A stretch of DNA of 64,000 nucleotides, taken from Eledone cirrhosa (lineage: Eukaryota). Positions 27,301 to 40,700 of the stretch are shown here, piece by piece (position 1 is the first letter of the stretch; each line of letters begins with the position of its first letter). The translations under genes were made by a program, and so were the position numbers. The DNA lies in the NCBI GenBank assembly GCA_964016885.1, contig OZ024744.1, positions 21,514,001-21,578,000 of the forward strand, written 5' to 3'. The notes under the pieces are model-generated. The model searched no databases. It saw only the letters and a program-made list of their open reading frames with translations, and was not told the origin of the DNA.

Positions 27301-30300
27301 GGTGACAGGCACAACAGCTCTGACATCTTCAGACAGTTAGAAGTGGTGACAGGCACAACAGCTATGACATCTTCAGACAGAAGAGGTGACACCCACAACA
27401 GCTATGACATCTTCAGACAGTTAGAAGAGGTGACAGGCACAACAGCTATGACATCTTCAGACAGTTAGAAGAGGTGACAGCCACAACAGCTATGACATCT
27501 TCAGACAGTTAAAAGAGGTGTCAGGCACAACAGCTGTGACATCTTCAGACAGTGAGAAGAGGTGACAGCCACAACAGCTATGACATCTTTAGACAGTTAG
27601 AAGTGGTGACAGTATCAACAGCTATGACATCTTCAGACAGTTAGAAGAGGTGACAGGCACAACAGCTTTGACATCTTCATACAGTTAGAAGAGGTAACAG
27701 CAACAACAGCTATGAGATCTTCAGACAGAAGAGGTGACAGACACAACAGCTATGACATCTTCAGACAGAAGAGCTGACAGGCCCAACAGCTATGAGATCT
27801 TCAGACAGAAGAGGTGACAGCCACAATAGCTATGACATATTCAGACAGAAGAGGTGACAGGCACAACAGCTATGATATCTTTACACAGTTAGAAGAGGTG
27901 ACAGCCACAACAGCTATGACATATTCAGACAGTTAGAAGAGGTGACAGCCACAACAGCTATGACATCTTCAGACAGTTAGAAGAGGTGACAGCCACAACA
28001 GCTATGACATCTTCAGACAGTTATAAGATGTGACAGCCACAACAGCTATGACATCTTCAGAGAGAAGAGGTGACAGGCACAACAGCTATGACATCTTCAG
28101 ACAGTTAGAAGAGGTGACAGGCACAACAGCTATGAGATCTTCAGACAAAAGAGGTGACAGCCACAACAGCTATGACATCTTTACAGTTAGAGGAGGTGAC
28201 AGCCACAACAGCTATGACATATTCAGACAGTTAGAAGAGGTGACAGCCACAACACTATGACATCTTCAGACAGTGAGAAGAGGTGACAGCCACAACAGCT
28301 ATGACATCTTCAGACTGTTAGAAGAGGTGACAGCCACAACAGCTATGACATCTTCAGACAGAAGAGGTGACAGCCACAACAGCTATGACATCTTCAGAGA
28401 GAAGAGGTGACAGGCACAACAGCTATGACATCTTCAGACAGAAGAGGTGACAGACACAACAGCTATAACATCTTCAGACAGTTAGAAGAGGTGACAGGCA
28501 CAACAGCTATGACATCTTCAGACAGTTAGAAGAGGTGACAGGCACAACAGCTATGACATCTTCAGACAGTTAGAAGAGGTGACAGCCACAACAGCTATGA
28601 CTTATTCAGACAGTTAGAAGAGGTGACATCCACAACAGCTATGACATCTTCAGACAGTTAAAAGAGGTGACAGGCACAACAGCTGTGACATCTTCAGACA
28701 GTTAGAAGAGGTGACAGGCACAACAGCTATGACATGTTCAGAGAGAAGAGGTGATAGGCACAACAGATATGACATCTTCAGACAGTTAGAAGAGGTGACA
28801 GGCACAACGGCTATGCCATCTGAAGAGAGTTAGAAGAGGTGACAGGCACAACAGCTATGACATCTTCAGACAGAAGAGGTGACAGCCACAACAGCTATGA
28901 CATCTTCAGACAGTTAGAAGAGGTGACAGCAACAACAGCTATGACATCTTCAGACAGTTAGAAGAGGTGACAGCCACAACAGCTATGACATCTTCAGACA
29001 GTTAGAAGAGGTGACAGGCACAACAGCTATGACATGTTCAGAGAGAAGAGGTGATAGGCACAACAGATATGACATCTTCAGACAGTTAGAAGAGGTGACA
29101 GGCACAACAGCTATGACATCTTCAGACAATGAGAAGAGGTGACAGCCACAACAGCTATGACATCTTCAGACTGTTAGAAGATGTGACAGCCACAACAGCT
29201 ATGACATCTTCAGAGAGAAGAGGTGACAGGCACAACAGCTATGACATCTTCAGACAGAAGAGGTGACAGACACAACAGCTATAACATCTTCAGACAGTTA
29301 GAAGAGGTGACAGGAACAACAGCTATGATATCTTCAGACAGTTAGAAGAGGTGACAGGCACAACAGCTATGACATCTTTAGACAGTTAGAAGAGGTGACA
29401 GGCACAACAGCTATGACATCTTCAGACAGTTAGAAGAGGTGACAGCAACAACAGCTATGACATCTTCAGACAGAAGAGGTGACAGCCACAACAGCTATGA
29501 CATCTTCAGACAGTTAGAAGAGGTGACAGGCACAACAGCTATGACATCTTTAGACAGTTAGAAGAGGTGACAGCCACAACAGCTATGACATATTCAGACA
29601 GTTAGAAGAGGTGACAGGCACAACAGCTATGACATCTTCAGACAGTTAGAAGAGGTGACAGCCACAACAGCTATGACATCTTTAGACAGTTAGAAGAGGT
29701 GACAGGAACAACAGCTATGACATCTTCAGACAGTTAGAAGAGGTGACAGGCACAACAGCTATGACATCTTCAGACAGTTAGAAGAGGTGACAGCAACAAC
29801 AGCTATGACATTTTCAGACAGTTAGAAGAGGTGACAGGCACAGCAGCTATGACATCTTTAGACATTTAGAAGAGGTGACAGCCACAACAGCTATGACATC
29901 TTCAGACAGTTAGAAGAGGTGACAGGCACAACAGCTATGATATCTTCAGAGAGAAGAGGTGACAGGCACAACAGCTATGACATCTTCAGACAGTTAGAAG
30001 AGGTGACAGGCACAACAGCTATGACATCTTCAGACAGTGAGAGGAGGTGACAGCCACAACAGCTATGACATCTTCAGACTGTTAGAAGAGGTGACAGCCA
30101 CAACAGCTATGAAATCTTCAGACAGAAGTGGTGACAGCCACAACAGCTATGACATCTTCAGAGAGAAGAGGTGACAGACACAACAGCTATGACATCTTCA
30201 AACAGAAGAGATGACAGACACAACGGCTAAAACATCTTCAGACAGTTCGAAGAGGTGACAGGCACAACAGCTCTGACATCTTCAGACAGTTAGAAGTGGT

Positions 30301-33300
30301 GACAGGCACAACAGCTATGACATCTTCAGACAGAAGAGGTGACAGCCACAACAGCTATGACATCTTCAGACAGTTAGAAGAGGTGACAGGCACAACAGCT
30401 ATGACATCTTCAGACAGTTAGAAGAGGTGACAGCCACAACAGCTATGACATCTTCAGACAGTTAAAAGAGGTGACAGGCACAACAGCTGTGACATCTTCA
30501 GACAGTGAGAAGAGGTGACAGCCACAACAGCTATGACATCTTTAGACAGTTAGAAGTGGTGACAGTATCAACAGCTATGACATCTTCAGACAGTTAGAAG
30601 AGGTGACAGGCACAACAGCTTTGACATCTTCATACAGTTAGAAGAGGTAACAGCAACAACAGCTATGAGATCTTCAGACAGAAGAGGTGACAGACACAAC
30701 AGCTATGACATCTTCAGACAGAAGAGGTGACAGGCCCAACAGCTATGAGATCTTCAGACAGAAGAGGTGACAGCCACAATAGCTATGACATATTCAGACA
30801 GAAGAGGTGACAGGCACAACAGCTATGATATCTTTACACAGTTAGAAGAGGTGACAGCCACAACAGCTATGACATATTCAGACAGTTAGAAGAGGTGACA
30901 GCCACAACAGCTATGACATCTTCAGACAGTTAGAAGAGGTGACAGCCACAACAGCTATGACATCTTCAGACAGTTATAAGATGTGACAGCCACAACAGCT
31001 ATGACATCTTCAGAGAGAAGAGGTGACAGGCACAACAGCTATGACATCTTCAGACAGTTAGAAGAGGTGACAGGCACAACAGCTATGAGATCTTCAGACA
31101 AAAGAGGTGACAGCCACAACAGCTATGACATCTTTACAGTTAGAAGAGGTGACAGCCACAACAGCTATGACATATTCAGACAGTTAGAAGAGGTGACAGC
31201 CACAACACTATGACATCTTCAGACAGTGAGAAGAGGTGACAGCCACAACAGCTATGACATCTTCAGACTGTTAGAAGAGGTGACAGCCACAACAGCTATG
31301 ACATCTTCAGACAGAAGAGGTGACAGCCACAACAGCTATGACATCTTCAGAGAGAAGAGGTGACAGGCACAACAGCTATGACATCTTCAGACAGAAGAGG
31401 TGACAGACACAACAGCTATAACATCTTCAGACAGTTAGAAGAGGTGACAGGCACAACAGCTATGACATCTTCAGACAGTTAGAAGAGGTGACAGGCACAA
31501 CAGCTATGACATCTTCAGACAGTTAGAAGAGGTGACAGCCACAACAGCTATGACTTATTCAGACAGTTAGAAGAGGTGACATCCACAACAGCTATGACAT
31601 CTTCAGACAGTTAAAAGAGGTGACAGGCACAACAGCTGTGACATCTTCAGACAGTTAGAAAAGGTGACAGGCACAACAGCTATGACATGTTCAGAGAGAA
31701 GAGGTGATAGGCACAACAGATATGACATCTTCAGACAGTTAGAAGAGGTGACAGGCACAACGGCTATGCCATCTGAAGAGAGTTAGAAGAGGTGACAGGC
31801 ACAACAGCTATGACATCTTCAGACAGAAGAGGTGACAGCCACAACAGCTATGACATCTTCAGACAGTTAGAAGAGGTGACAGCAACAACAGCTATGACAT
31901 CTTCAGACAGTTAGAAGAGGTGACATCCACAAAAGCTATGACATCTTCAGACAGTTAAAGAGGTGACAGGCACAACATCTGTGACATCTTCAGACAGTTA
32001 GAAGAGGTGACAGCCACAACAGCTATGACATCTTCAGACAGTTAGAAGAGGTGACAGGCACAACAGCTATGACATGTTCAGAGAGAAGAGGTGATAGGCA
32101 CAACAGATATGACATCTTCAGACAGTTAGAAGAGGTGACAGGCACAACAGCTATGACATCTTCAGACAATGAGAAGAGGTGACAGCCACAACAGCTATGA
32201 CATCTTCAGACTGTTAGAAGATGTGACAGCCACAACAGCTATGACATCTTCAGAGAGAAGAGGTGACAGGCACAACAGCTATGACATCTTCAGACAGAAG
32301 AGGTGACAGACACAACAGCTATGATATCTTCAGACAGTTAGAAGAGGTGACAGGCACAACAGCTATGACATCTTCAGACAGTTAGAAGAGGTGACAGGCA
32401 CAACAGCTATGACATCTTCAGACAGTTAGAAGAGGTGACAGCAACAACAGCTATGACATCTTCAGACAGAAGAGGTGACAGCCACAACAGCTATGACATC
32501 TTCAGACAGTTAGAAGAGGTGACAGGCACAACAGCTATGACATCTTTAGACAGTTAGAAGAGGTGACAGCCACAGCAGCTATGACATATTCAGACAGTTA
32601 GAAGAGGTGACAGGCACAACAGCTATGATATCTTCAGACAGTTAGAAGAGGTGACAGCCACAACAGCTATGACATCTTTAGACAGTTAGAAGAGGTGACA
32701 GGAACAACAGCTATGACATCTTCAGACAGTTAGAAGAGGTGACAGGCACAACAGCTATGACATCTTCAGACAGTTAGAAGAGGTGACAGCAACAACAGCT
32801 ATGACATCTTCAGACAGTTAGAAGAGGTGACAGGCACAGCAGCTATGACATCTTTAGACATTTAGAAGAGGTGACAGCCACAACAGCTATGACATCTTCA
32901 GACAGTTAGAAGAGGTGACAGGCACAACAGCTATGATATCTTCAGAGAGAAGAGGTGACAGGCACAACAGCTATGACATCTTCAGACAGTTAGAAGAGGT
33001 GACAGGCACAACAGCTATGACATCTTCAGACAGTGAGAGGAGGTGACAGCCACAACAGCTATGACATCTTCAGACTGTTAGAAGAGGTGACAGCCACAAC
33101 AGCTATGAAATCTTCAGACAGAAGAGGTGACAGCCACAACAGCTATGACATCTTCAGAGAGAAGAGGTGACAGACACAACAGCTATGACATCTTCAAACA
33201 GAAGAGATGACAGACACAACGGCTAAAACATCTTCAGACAGTTCGAAGAGGTGACAGGCACAACAGCTCTGACATCTTCAGACAGTTAGAAGTGGTGACA

Positions 33301-34000
33301 GGCACAACAGCTATGACATCTTCAGACAGAAGAGGTGACAGCCACAACAGCTATGACATCTTCAGACAGTTAGAAGAGGTGACAGGCACAACAGCTATAA
33401 CATCTTCAGATAGGTAGAAGAGGTGACAGCCACGACAGCTATGACATCTTCAGACAGTTAAAAGAGGTGACAGGCACAACAGCTGTGACATCTTCAGACA
33501 GTGAGAAGAGGTGACAGCCACAACAGCTATGACATCTTTAGACAGTTAGAAGAGGTGACAGGCACAACAGCTTTGACATCTTCATACAGTTAGAAGAGGT
33601 AACAGCAACAACAGCTATGAGATCTTCAGACAGAAGAGGTGACAGACACAACAGCTATGACATCTTCAGACAGAAGAGGTGAGAGGCCCAACAGCTATGA
33701 GATCTTCAGACAGAAGAGGTGACAGCCACAACAGCTATGACATATTCAGACAGAAGAGGTGACAGGCACAACAGCTATGATATCTTTACACAGTTAGAAG
33801 AGGTGACAGCCACAACAGCTATGATATATTCAGACAGTTAGAAAAGGTGACAGCCACAACAGCTATGACATCTTCAGACAGTTAGAAGAGGTGACAGGCA
33901 CAACAGCTATGACATCTTCAGACAGTGAGAAGAGGTGACAGCCACAACAGCTATGACATCTTCAGACAGTTATAAGATGTGACAGCCACAACAGCTATGA
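24400..34000. repeat. Satellite sub-domain C: three higher-order units of about 3.0-3.2 kb, related to the start of the window
   Basis: Near-identical pseudo-ORFs at 24866, 28030 and 30983 (offsets 3164 and 2953) share the 1-bp deletion AACACTATGA. The TTCGAA marker falls at about 27295, 30248 and 33244. Confidence 0.8.
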
Positions 34001-34799
34001 CATCTTCAGAGAGAAGAGGTGACAGGCACAACAGCTATGACATCTTCAGACAGTTAGAAGAGGTGACAGGCACAACAGCTATGACATCTTTAGACAGTTA
34101 GAAGAGGTGACAGCCACAACAGCTATGACATATTCAGACAGTTAGAAGAGGTGACAGGCACAACAGCTATGACATCTTCAGACAGTTAGAAGAGGTGACA
34201 GCCACAACAGCTATGACATCTTCAGACAGTTAGAAGAGGTGACAGCAACAACAGCTATGACATCTTCAGACAGAAGAGGTGACAGCCACAACAGCTATGA
34301 CATCTTCAGACAGTTAGAAGAGGTGACAGGCACAACAGCTATGACATCTTTAGACAGTTAGAAGAGGTGACAGCCACAACAGCTATGACATATTCAGACA
34401 GTTAGAAGAGGTGACAGGCACAACAGCTATGACATCTTCAGACAGTTAGAAGAGGTGACAGCCACAACAGCTATGACATCTTTAGACAGTTAGAAGAGGT
34501 GACAGGAACAACAGCTATGACATCTTCAGACAGTTAGAAGAGGTGACAGGCACAACAGCTATGACATCTTCAGACAGTTAGAAGAGGTGACAGCAACAAC
34601 AGCTATGACATCTTCAGACAGTTAGAACAGGTGACAGGCACAGCAGCTATGACATCTTTAGACATTTAGAAGAGGTGACAGCCACAACAGCTATGACATC
34701 TTCAGACAGTTAGAAGAGGTGACAGGCACAACAGCTATGATATCTTCAGAGAGAAGAGGTGACAGGCACAACAGCTATGACATCTTCAGACAGAAGAGG

Positions 34800-37700
34800 T
34801 GACAGCCACAACAGCTATGACATCTTCAGAGAGAAGAGGTGACAGACACAACAGCTATGACATATTCAGACAGAAGAGGTGACAGACACAACAGCTATAA
34901 CATCTTCAGACAGTTAGAAGAGGTGACAGGCACGACAGCTCTGACATCTTCAGACAGTTAGAAGTGGTGACAGGCACAACAGCTATGACATCTGTAGACA
35001 TTTAGAAGAGGTGACAGCCACAACAGCTATGACATCTTCAGACAGTTAGAAGAGGTGACAGGCACAACAGCTATGACATCTTCAGAGAGAAGAGGTGACA
35101 GGCACAACAGCTATGACATCTTCAGACAGTTAGAAGAGGTGACAGGCACAACAGCTATGACATCTTCAGACAGTGAGAGGAGGTCACAGCCACAACAGCT
35201 ATGACATCTTCAGACTGTTAGAAGAGGTGACAGCCACAAAAGCTAAGAAATCTTCAGACAGAAGAGGTGACAGCCACAACAGCTATGACATCTTCAGAGA
35301 GAAGAGGTGACATACACAACAGCTATGACATCTTCAGACAGAAGAGGTGACAGACACAACAGCTATAACATCTTCAGACAGTTAGAAGAGGTGACAGGCA
35401 CAACAGCTCTGACATCTTCAGACAGATAGAAGTGGTGACAGGCACAACAGCTATCACATCTTCAGACAGTTAGAAGAGGTGACAGCCACAACAGTTATGA
35501 CTTCTTCAGACAGTTAGAAGAGGTGACAGCCACAACAGCTATGACATATTCAGACAAAAGAGGTGACAGGCACAACAGCTATGCCATCTTCAGAGAGTTA
35601 GAGGAGGTGACAGGCACAACAGCTATGACATCTTCAGACAGTTAGAAGAGGTGACAGGCACAACAGCTATGACATCTTTAGACAGTTAGAAGAGGTGACA
35701 GCCACAACAGCTATGACATCTTCAGACAGTTAGAAGAGGTGACAGCCACAACAGCTTTGACATCTTTAGACAGAAGAGGTGACAGCCACAATAGCTATGA
35801 CATCTTCAGACAGTTAGAAGAGGTGACAGGCACAACAGCTATGACATCTTCAGACAGTTAGAAGAGGTGACAGCCACAACAGCTATGACATCTTCAGACA
35901 GTTAAAAGAGGTGACAGACACAACAGCTGTGACATCTTCAGACAGTTAGAAGAGGTGACAGCCACAACAGCTATGACACCTTTAGACATTTAGAAGTGGT
36001 GACAGGATCAACAGCTATGACATCTTCAGACAGTTAGCAGAGGTGACAGGCACAACAACTCTGACATCTTCAGACAGTTAGAAGAGGTGACAGGCACAAC
36101 AGCTATGACATCTTCAGACAGTTAGAAGAGGTGACAGCCACAACAGCTATGACTTCTTCAGACAGTTAGAAGAGGTGACAGCCACAACAGCTATGACATA
36201 TTCAGACAAAAGAGGTGAAAGGCACAACAGCTATGCCATCTTCAGAGAGTTTGAAGAGGTGACAGGCACAACAGCTATGACATCTTCAGACAGAAGAGGT
36301 GACAGTCACAACAGCTATGACATCTTCAGACAGTTAGAAGAGGTGACAGGCACAACAGCTATGACATCTTCAGACAGTTAGAAGAGGTGACAGCCACAAC
36401 AGCTATGACATCTTCAGACAGTTAAAAGAGGTGACAGGCACAACAGCTGTGACATCTTCAGACAGTTAGAAGAGGTGACAGCCACAACAGGTATGACATC
36501 TTTAGACAGTTAGAAGTGGTGACAGGATCAACAGCTATGACATCTTCACACAGTTAGAAGAGGTGACAGGCACAACAGCTTTGACATCTTCATACAGTTA
36601 GAAGAGGTGACAGCAACAACAGCTATGAGATCTTCAGACAGAAGAGGTGACAGCCACAACAGCTATGACATCTTCAGACAGAAGAGGTGACAGCCACAAC
36701 AGCTATGACATCTTCAGACAGTTAGAAGAGGTGACAGGCACAACAGCTATGACATCTTTAGACAGTTAGAAGAGGTGACAGCCACAACAGCTATGACATA
36801 TTCAGACAGTTAGAAGAGGTGACAGGCACAACAGCTATGACATCTTCAGACAGTTAGAAGAGGTGACAGCCACAACAGCTATGACATCTTTAGACAGTTA
36901 GAAGAGGTGACAGGAACAACAGCTATGACATCTTCAGACAGTTAGAAGAGGTGACAGGCACAACAGCTATGACATCTTCAGACAGTTAGAAGAGGTGACA
37001 GCAACAACAGCTATGACATCTTCAGACAGTTAGAAGAGGTGACAGGCACAGCAGCTATGACATCTTTAGACATTTAGAAGAGGTGACAGCCACAACAGCT
37101 GTGACATCTTCAGACAGTTAGAAGAGGTGACAGGCACAACAGCTATGATATCTTCAGAGAGAAGAGGTGACAGGCACAACAGCTATGACATCTTCAGACA
37201 GTTAGAAGAGGTGACAGGCACAACAGCTATGACATCTTCAGACAGTGAGAGGAGGTGACAGCCACAACAGCTATGACATCTTCAGACTGTTAGAAGAGGT
37301 GACAGCCACAACAGCTATGAAATCTTCAGACAGAAGAGGTGACAGCCACAACAGCTATGACATCTTCAGAGAGAAGAGGTGACAGACACAACAGCTATGA
37401 CATCTTCAAACAGAAGAGATGACAGACACAACGGCTAAAACATCTTCAGACAGTTCGAAGAGGTGACAGGCACAACAGCTCTGACATCTTCAGACAGTTA
37501 GAAGTGGTGACAGGCACAACAGCTATGACATCTTCAGACAGAAGAGGTGACAGCCACAACAGCTATGACATCTTCAGACAGTTAGAAGAGGTGACAGGCA
37601 CAACAGCTATAACATCTTCAGACAGGTAGAAGAGGTGACAGCCACGACAGCTATGACATCTTCAGACAGTTAAAAGAGGTGACAGGCACAACAGCTGTGA

Positions 37701-40700
37701 CATCTTCAGACAGTGAGAAGAGGTGACAGCCACAACAGCTATGACATCTTTAGACAGTTAGAAGAGGTGACAGGCACAACAGCTTTGACATCTTCATACA
37801 GTTAGAAGAGGTAACAGCAACAACAGCTATGAGATCTTCAGACAGAAGAGGTGACAGACACAACAGCTATGACATCTTCAGACAGAAGAGGTGACAGGCC
37901 CAACAGCTATGAGATCTTCAGACAGAAGAGGTGACAGCCACAACAGCTATGACATATTCAGACAGAAGAGGTGACAGGCACAACAGCTATGATATCTTTA
38001 CACAGTTAGAAGAGGTGACAGCCACAACAGCTATGATATATTCAGACAGTTAGAAAAGGTGACAGCCACAACAGCTATGACATCTTCAGACAGTTAGAAG
38101 AGGTGACAGGCACAACAGCTATGACATCTTCAGACAGTGAGAAGAGGTGACAGCCACAACAGCTATGACATCTTCAGACAGTTATAAGATGTGACAGCCA
38201 CAACAGCTATGACATCTTCAGAGAGAAGAGGTGACAGGCACAACAGCTATGACATCTTCAGACAGTTAGAAGAGGTGACAGGCACAACAGCTATGACATC
38301 TTCAGACAGTGAGAGGAGGTGACAGCCACAACAGCTATGACATCTTCAGACTGTTAGAAGAGGTGACAGCCACAACAGCTATGACATCTTCAGACAGAAG
38401 AGGTGACAGCCACAACAGCTATGACATCTTCAGAGAGAAGAGGTGACAGACACAACAGCTATGACATATTCAGACAGAAGAGGTGACAGACACAACAGCT
38501 ATAACATCTTCAGACAGTTAGAAGAGGTGACAGGCACGACAGCTCTGACATCTTCAGACAGTTAGAAGTGGTGACAGGCACAACAGCTATGACATCTGTA
38601 GACATTTAGAAGAGGTGACAGCCACAACAGCTATGACATCTTCAGACAGTTAGAAGAGGTGACAGGCACAACAGCTATGACATCTTCAGAGAGAAGAGGT
38701 GACAGGCACAACAGCTATGACATCTTCAGACAGTTAGAAGAGGTGACAGGCACAACAGCTATGACATCTTCAGACAGTGAGAGGAGGTCACAGCCACAAC
38801 AGCTATGACATCTTCAGACTGTTAGAAGAGGTGACAGCCACAAAAGCTATGAAATCTTCAGACAGAAGAGGTGACAGCCACAACAGCTATGACATCTTCA
38901 GAGAGAAGAGGTGACAGACACAACAGCTATGACATCTTCAGACAGAAGAGGTGACAGACACAACAGCTATAACATCTTCAGACAGTTAGAAGAGGTGACA
39001 GGCACAACAGCTCTGACATCTTCAGACAGATAGAAGTGGTGACAGGCACAACATCTATCACATCTTCAGACAGTTAGAAGAGGTGACAGCCACAACAGCT
39101 ATGACTTCTTCAGACAGTTAGAAGAGGTGACAGCCACAACAGCTATGACATATTCAGACAAAAGAGGTGACAGGCACAACAGCTATGCCATCTTCAGAGA
39201 GTTAGAGGAGGTGACAGGCACAACAGCTATGACATCTTCAGACAGTTAGAAGAGGTGACAGGCACAACAGCTATGACATCTTTAGACAGTTAGAAGAGGT
39301 GACAGCCACAACAGCTATGACATCTTCAGACGGTTAGAAGAGGTGACAGCCACAACAGCTTTGACATCTTTAGACAGAAGAGGTGACAGCCACAATAGCT
39401 ATGACATCTTCAGACAGTTAGAAGAGGTGACAGGCACAACAGCTATGACATCTTCAGACAGTTAGAAGAGGTGACAGCCACAACAGCTATGACATCTTCA
39501 GACAGTTAAAAGAGGTGACAGACACAACAGCTGTGACATCTTCAGACAGTTAGAAGAGGTGACAGCCACAACAGCTATGACACCTTTAGACATTTAGAAG
39601 TGGTGACAGGATCAACAGCTATGACATCTTCAGACAGTTAGCAGAGGTGACAGGCACAACAACTCTGACATCTTCAGACAGTTAGAAGAGGTGACAGGCA
39701 CAACAGCTATGACATCTTCAGACAGTTAGAAGAGGTGACAGCCACAACAGCTATGACTTCTTCAGACAGTTAGAAGAGGTGACAGCCACAACAGCTATGA
39801 CATATTCATACAAAAGAGGTGAAAGGCACAACAGCTATGCCATCTTCAGTGAGTTTGAAGAGGTGACAGGCACAACAGCTATGACATCTTCAGACAGAAG
39901 AGGTGACAGCCACAACAGCTATGACATCTTCAGACAGTTAGAAGAGGTGACAGGCACAACAGCTATGACATCTTCAGACAGTTAGAAGAGGTGACAGCCA
40001 CAACAGCTATGACATCTTCAGACAGTTAAAAGAGGTGACAGGCACAACAGCTGTGACATCTCCAGACAGTTAGAAGAGGTGACAGCCACAACAGCTATGA
40101 CATCTTTAGACAGTTAGAAGTGGTGACAGGATCAACAGCTATGACATCTTCACACAGTTAGAAGAGGTGACAGGCACTACAGCTTTGACATCTTCATACA
40201 GTTAGAAGAGGTGACAGCAACAACAGCTATGAGATCTTCAGACAGAAGAGGTGACAGCCACAACAGCTATGACATCTTCAGACAGAAGAGGTGACAGGCC
40301 CAACAGCTATGAGATCTTCAGACAGAAGAGGTGACAGCCACAACAGCTATGACATATTCAGACAGAAGAGGTGACAGGCACAACAGCTATGATATTTTTA
40401 CACAGTTAGAAGTGGTGACAGCCACAACAACTATGACATATTCAGACAGTTAGAAGAGGTGACAGGCACAACAGCTATGACATCTTCAGACAGTGAGAAG
40501 AGGTGACAGCCACAACAACTATGACATCTCCAGACTGTTAGAAGAGGTGACAGCCACAACAGCTATGACATCTTCAGACAGAAGAGGTGACAGCCACAAC
40601 AGCTATGACATCTTCAGAGAGAAGAGGTGACAGGCACAACAGCTATGACATCTTCAGACAGAAGAGGTGACAGACACAACAGCTATAACATCTTCAGATA

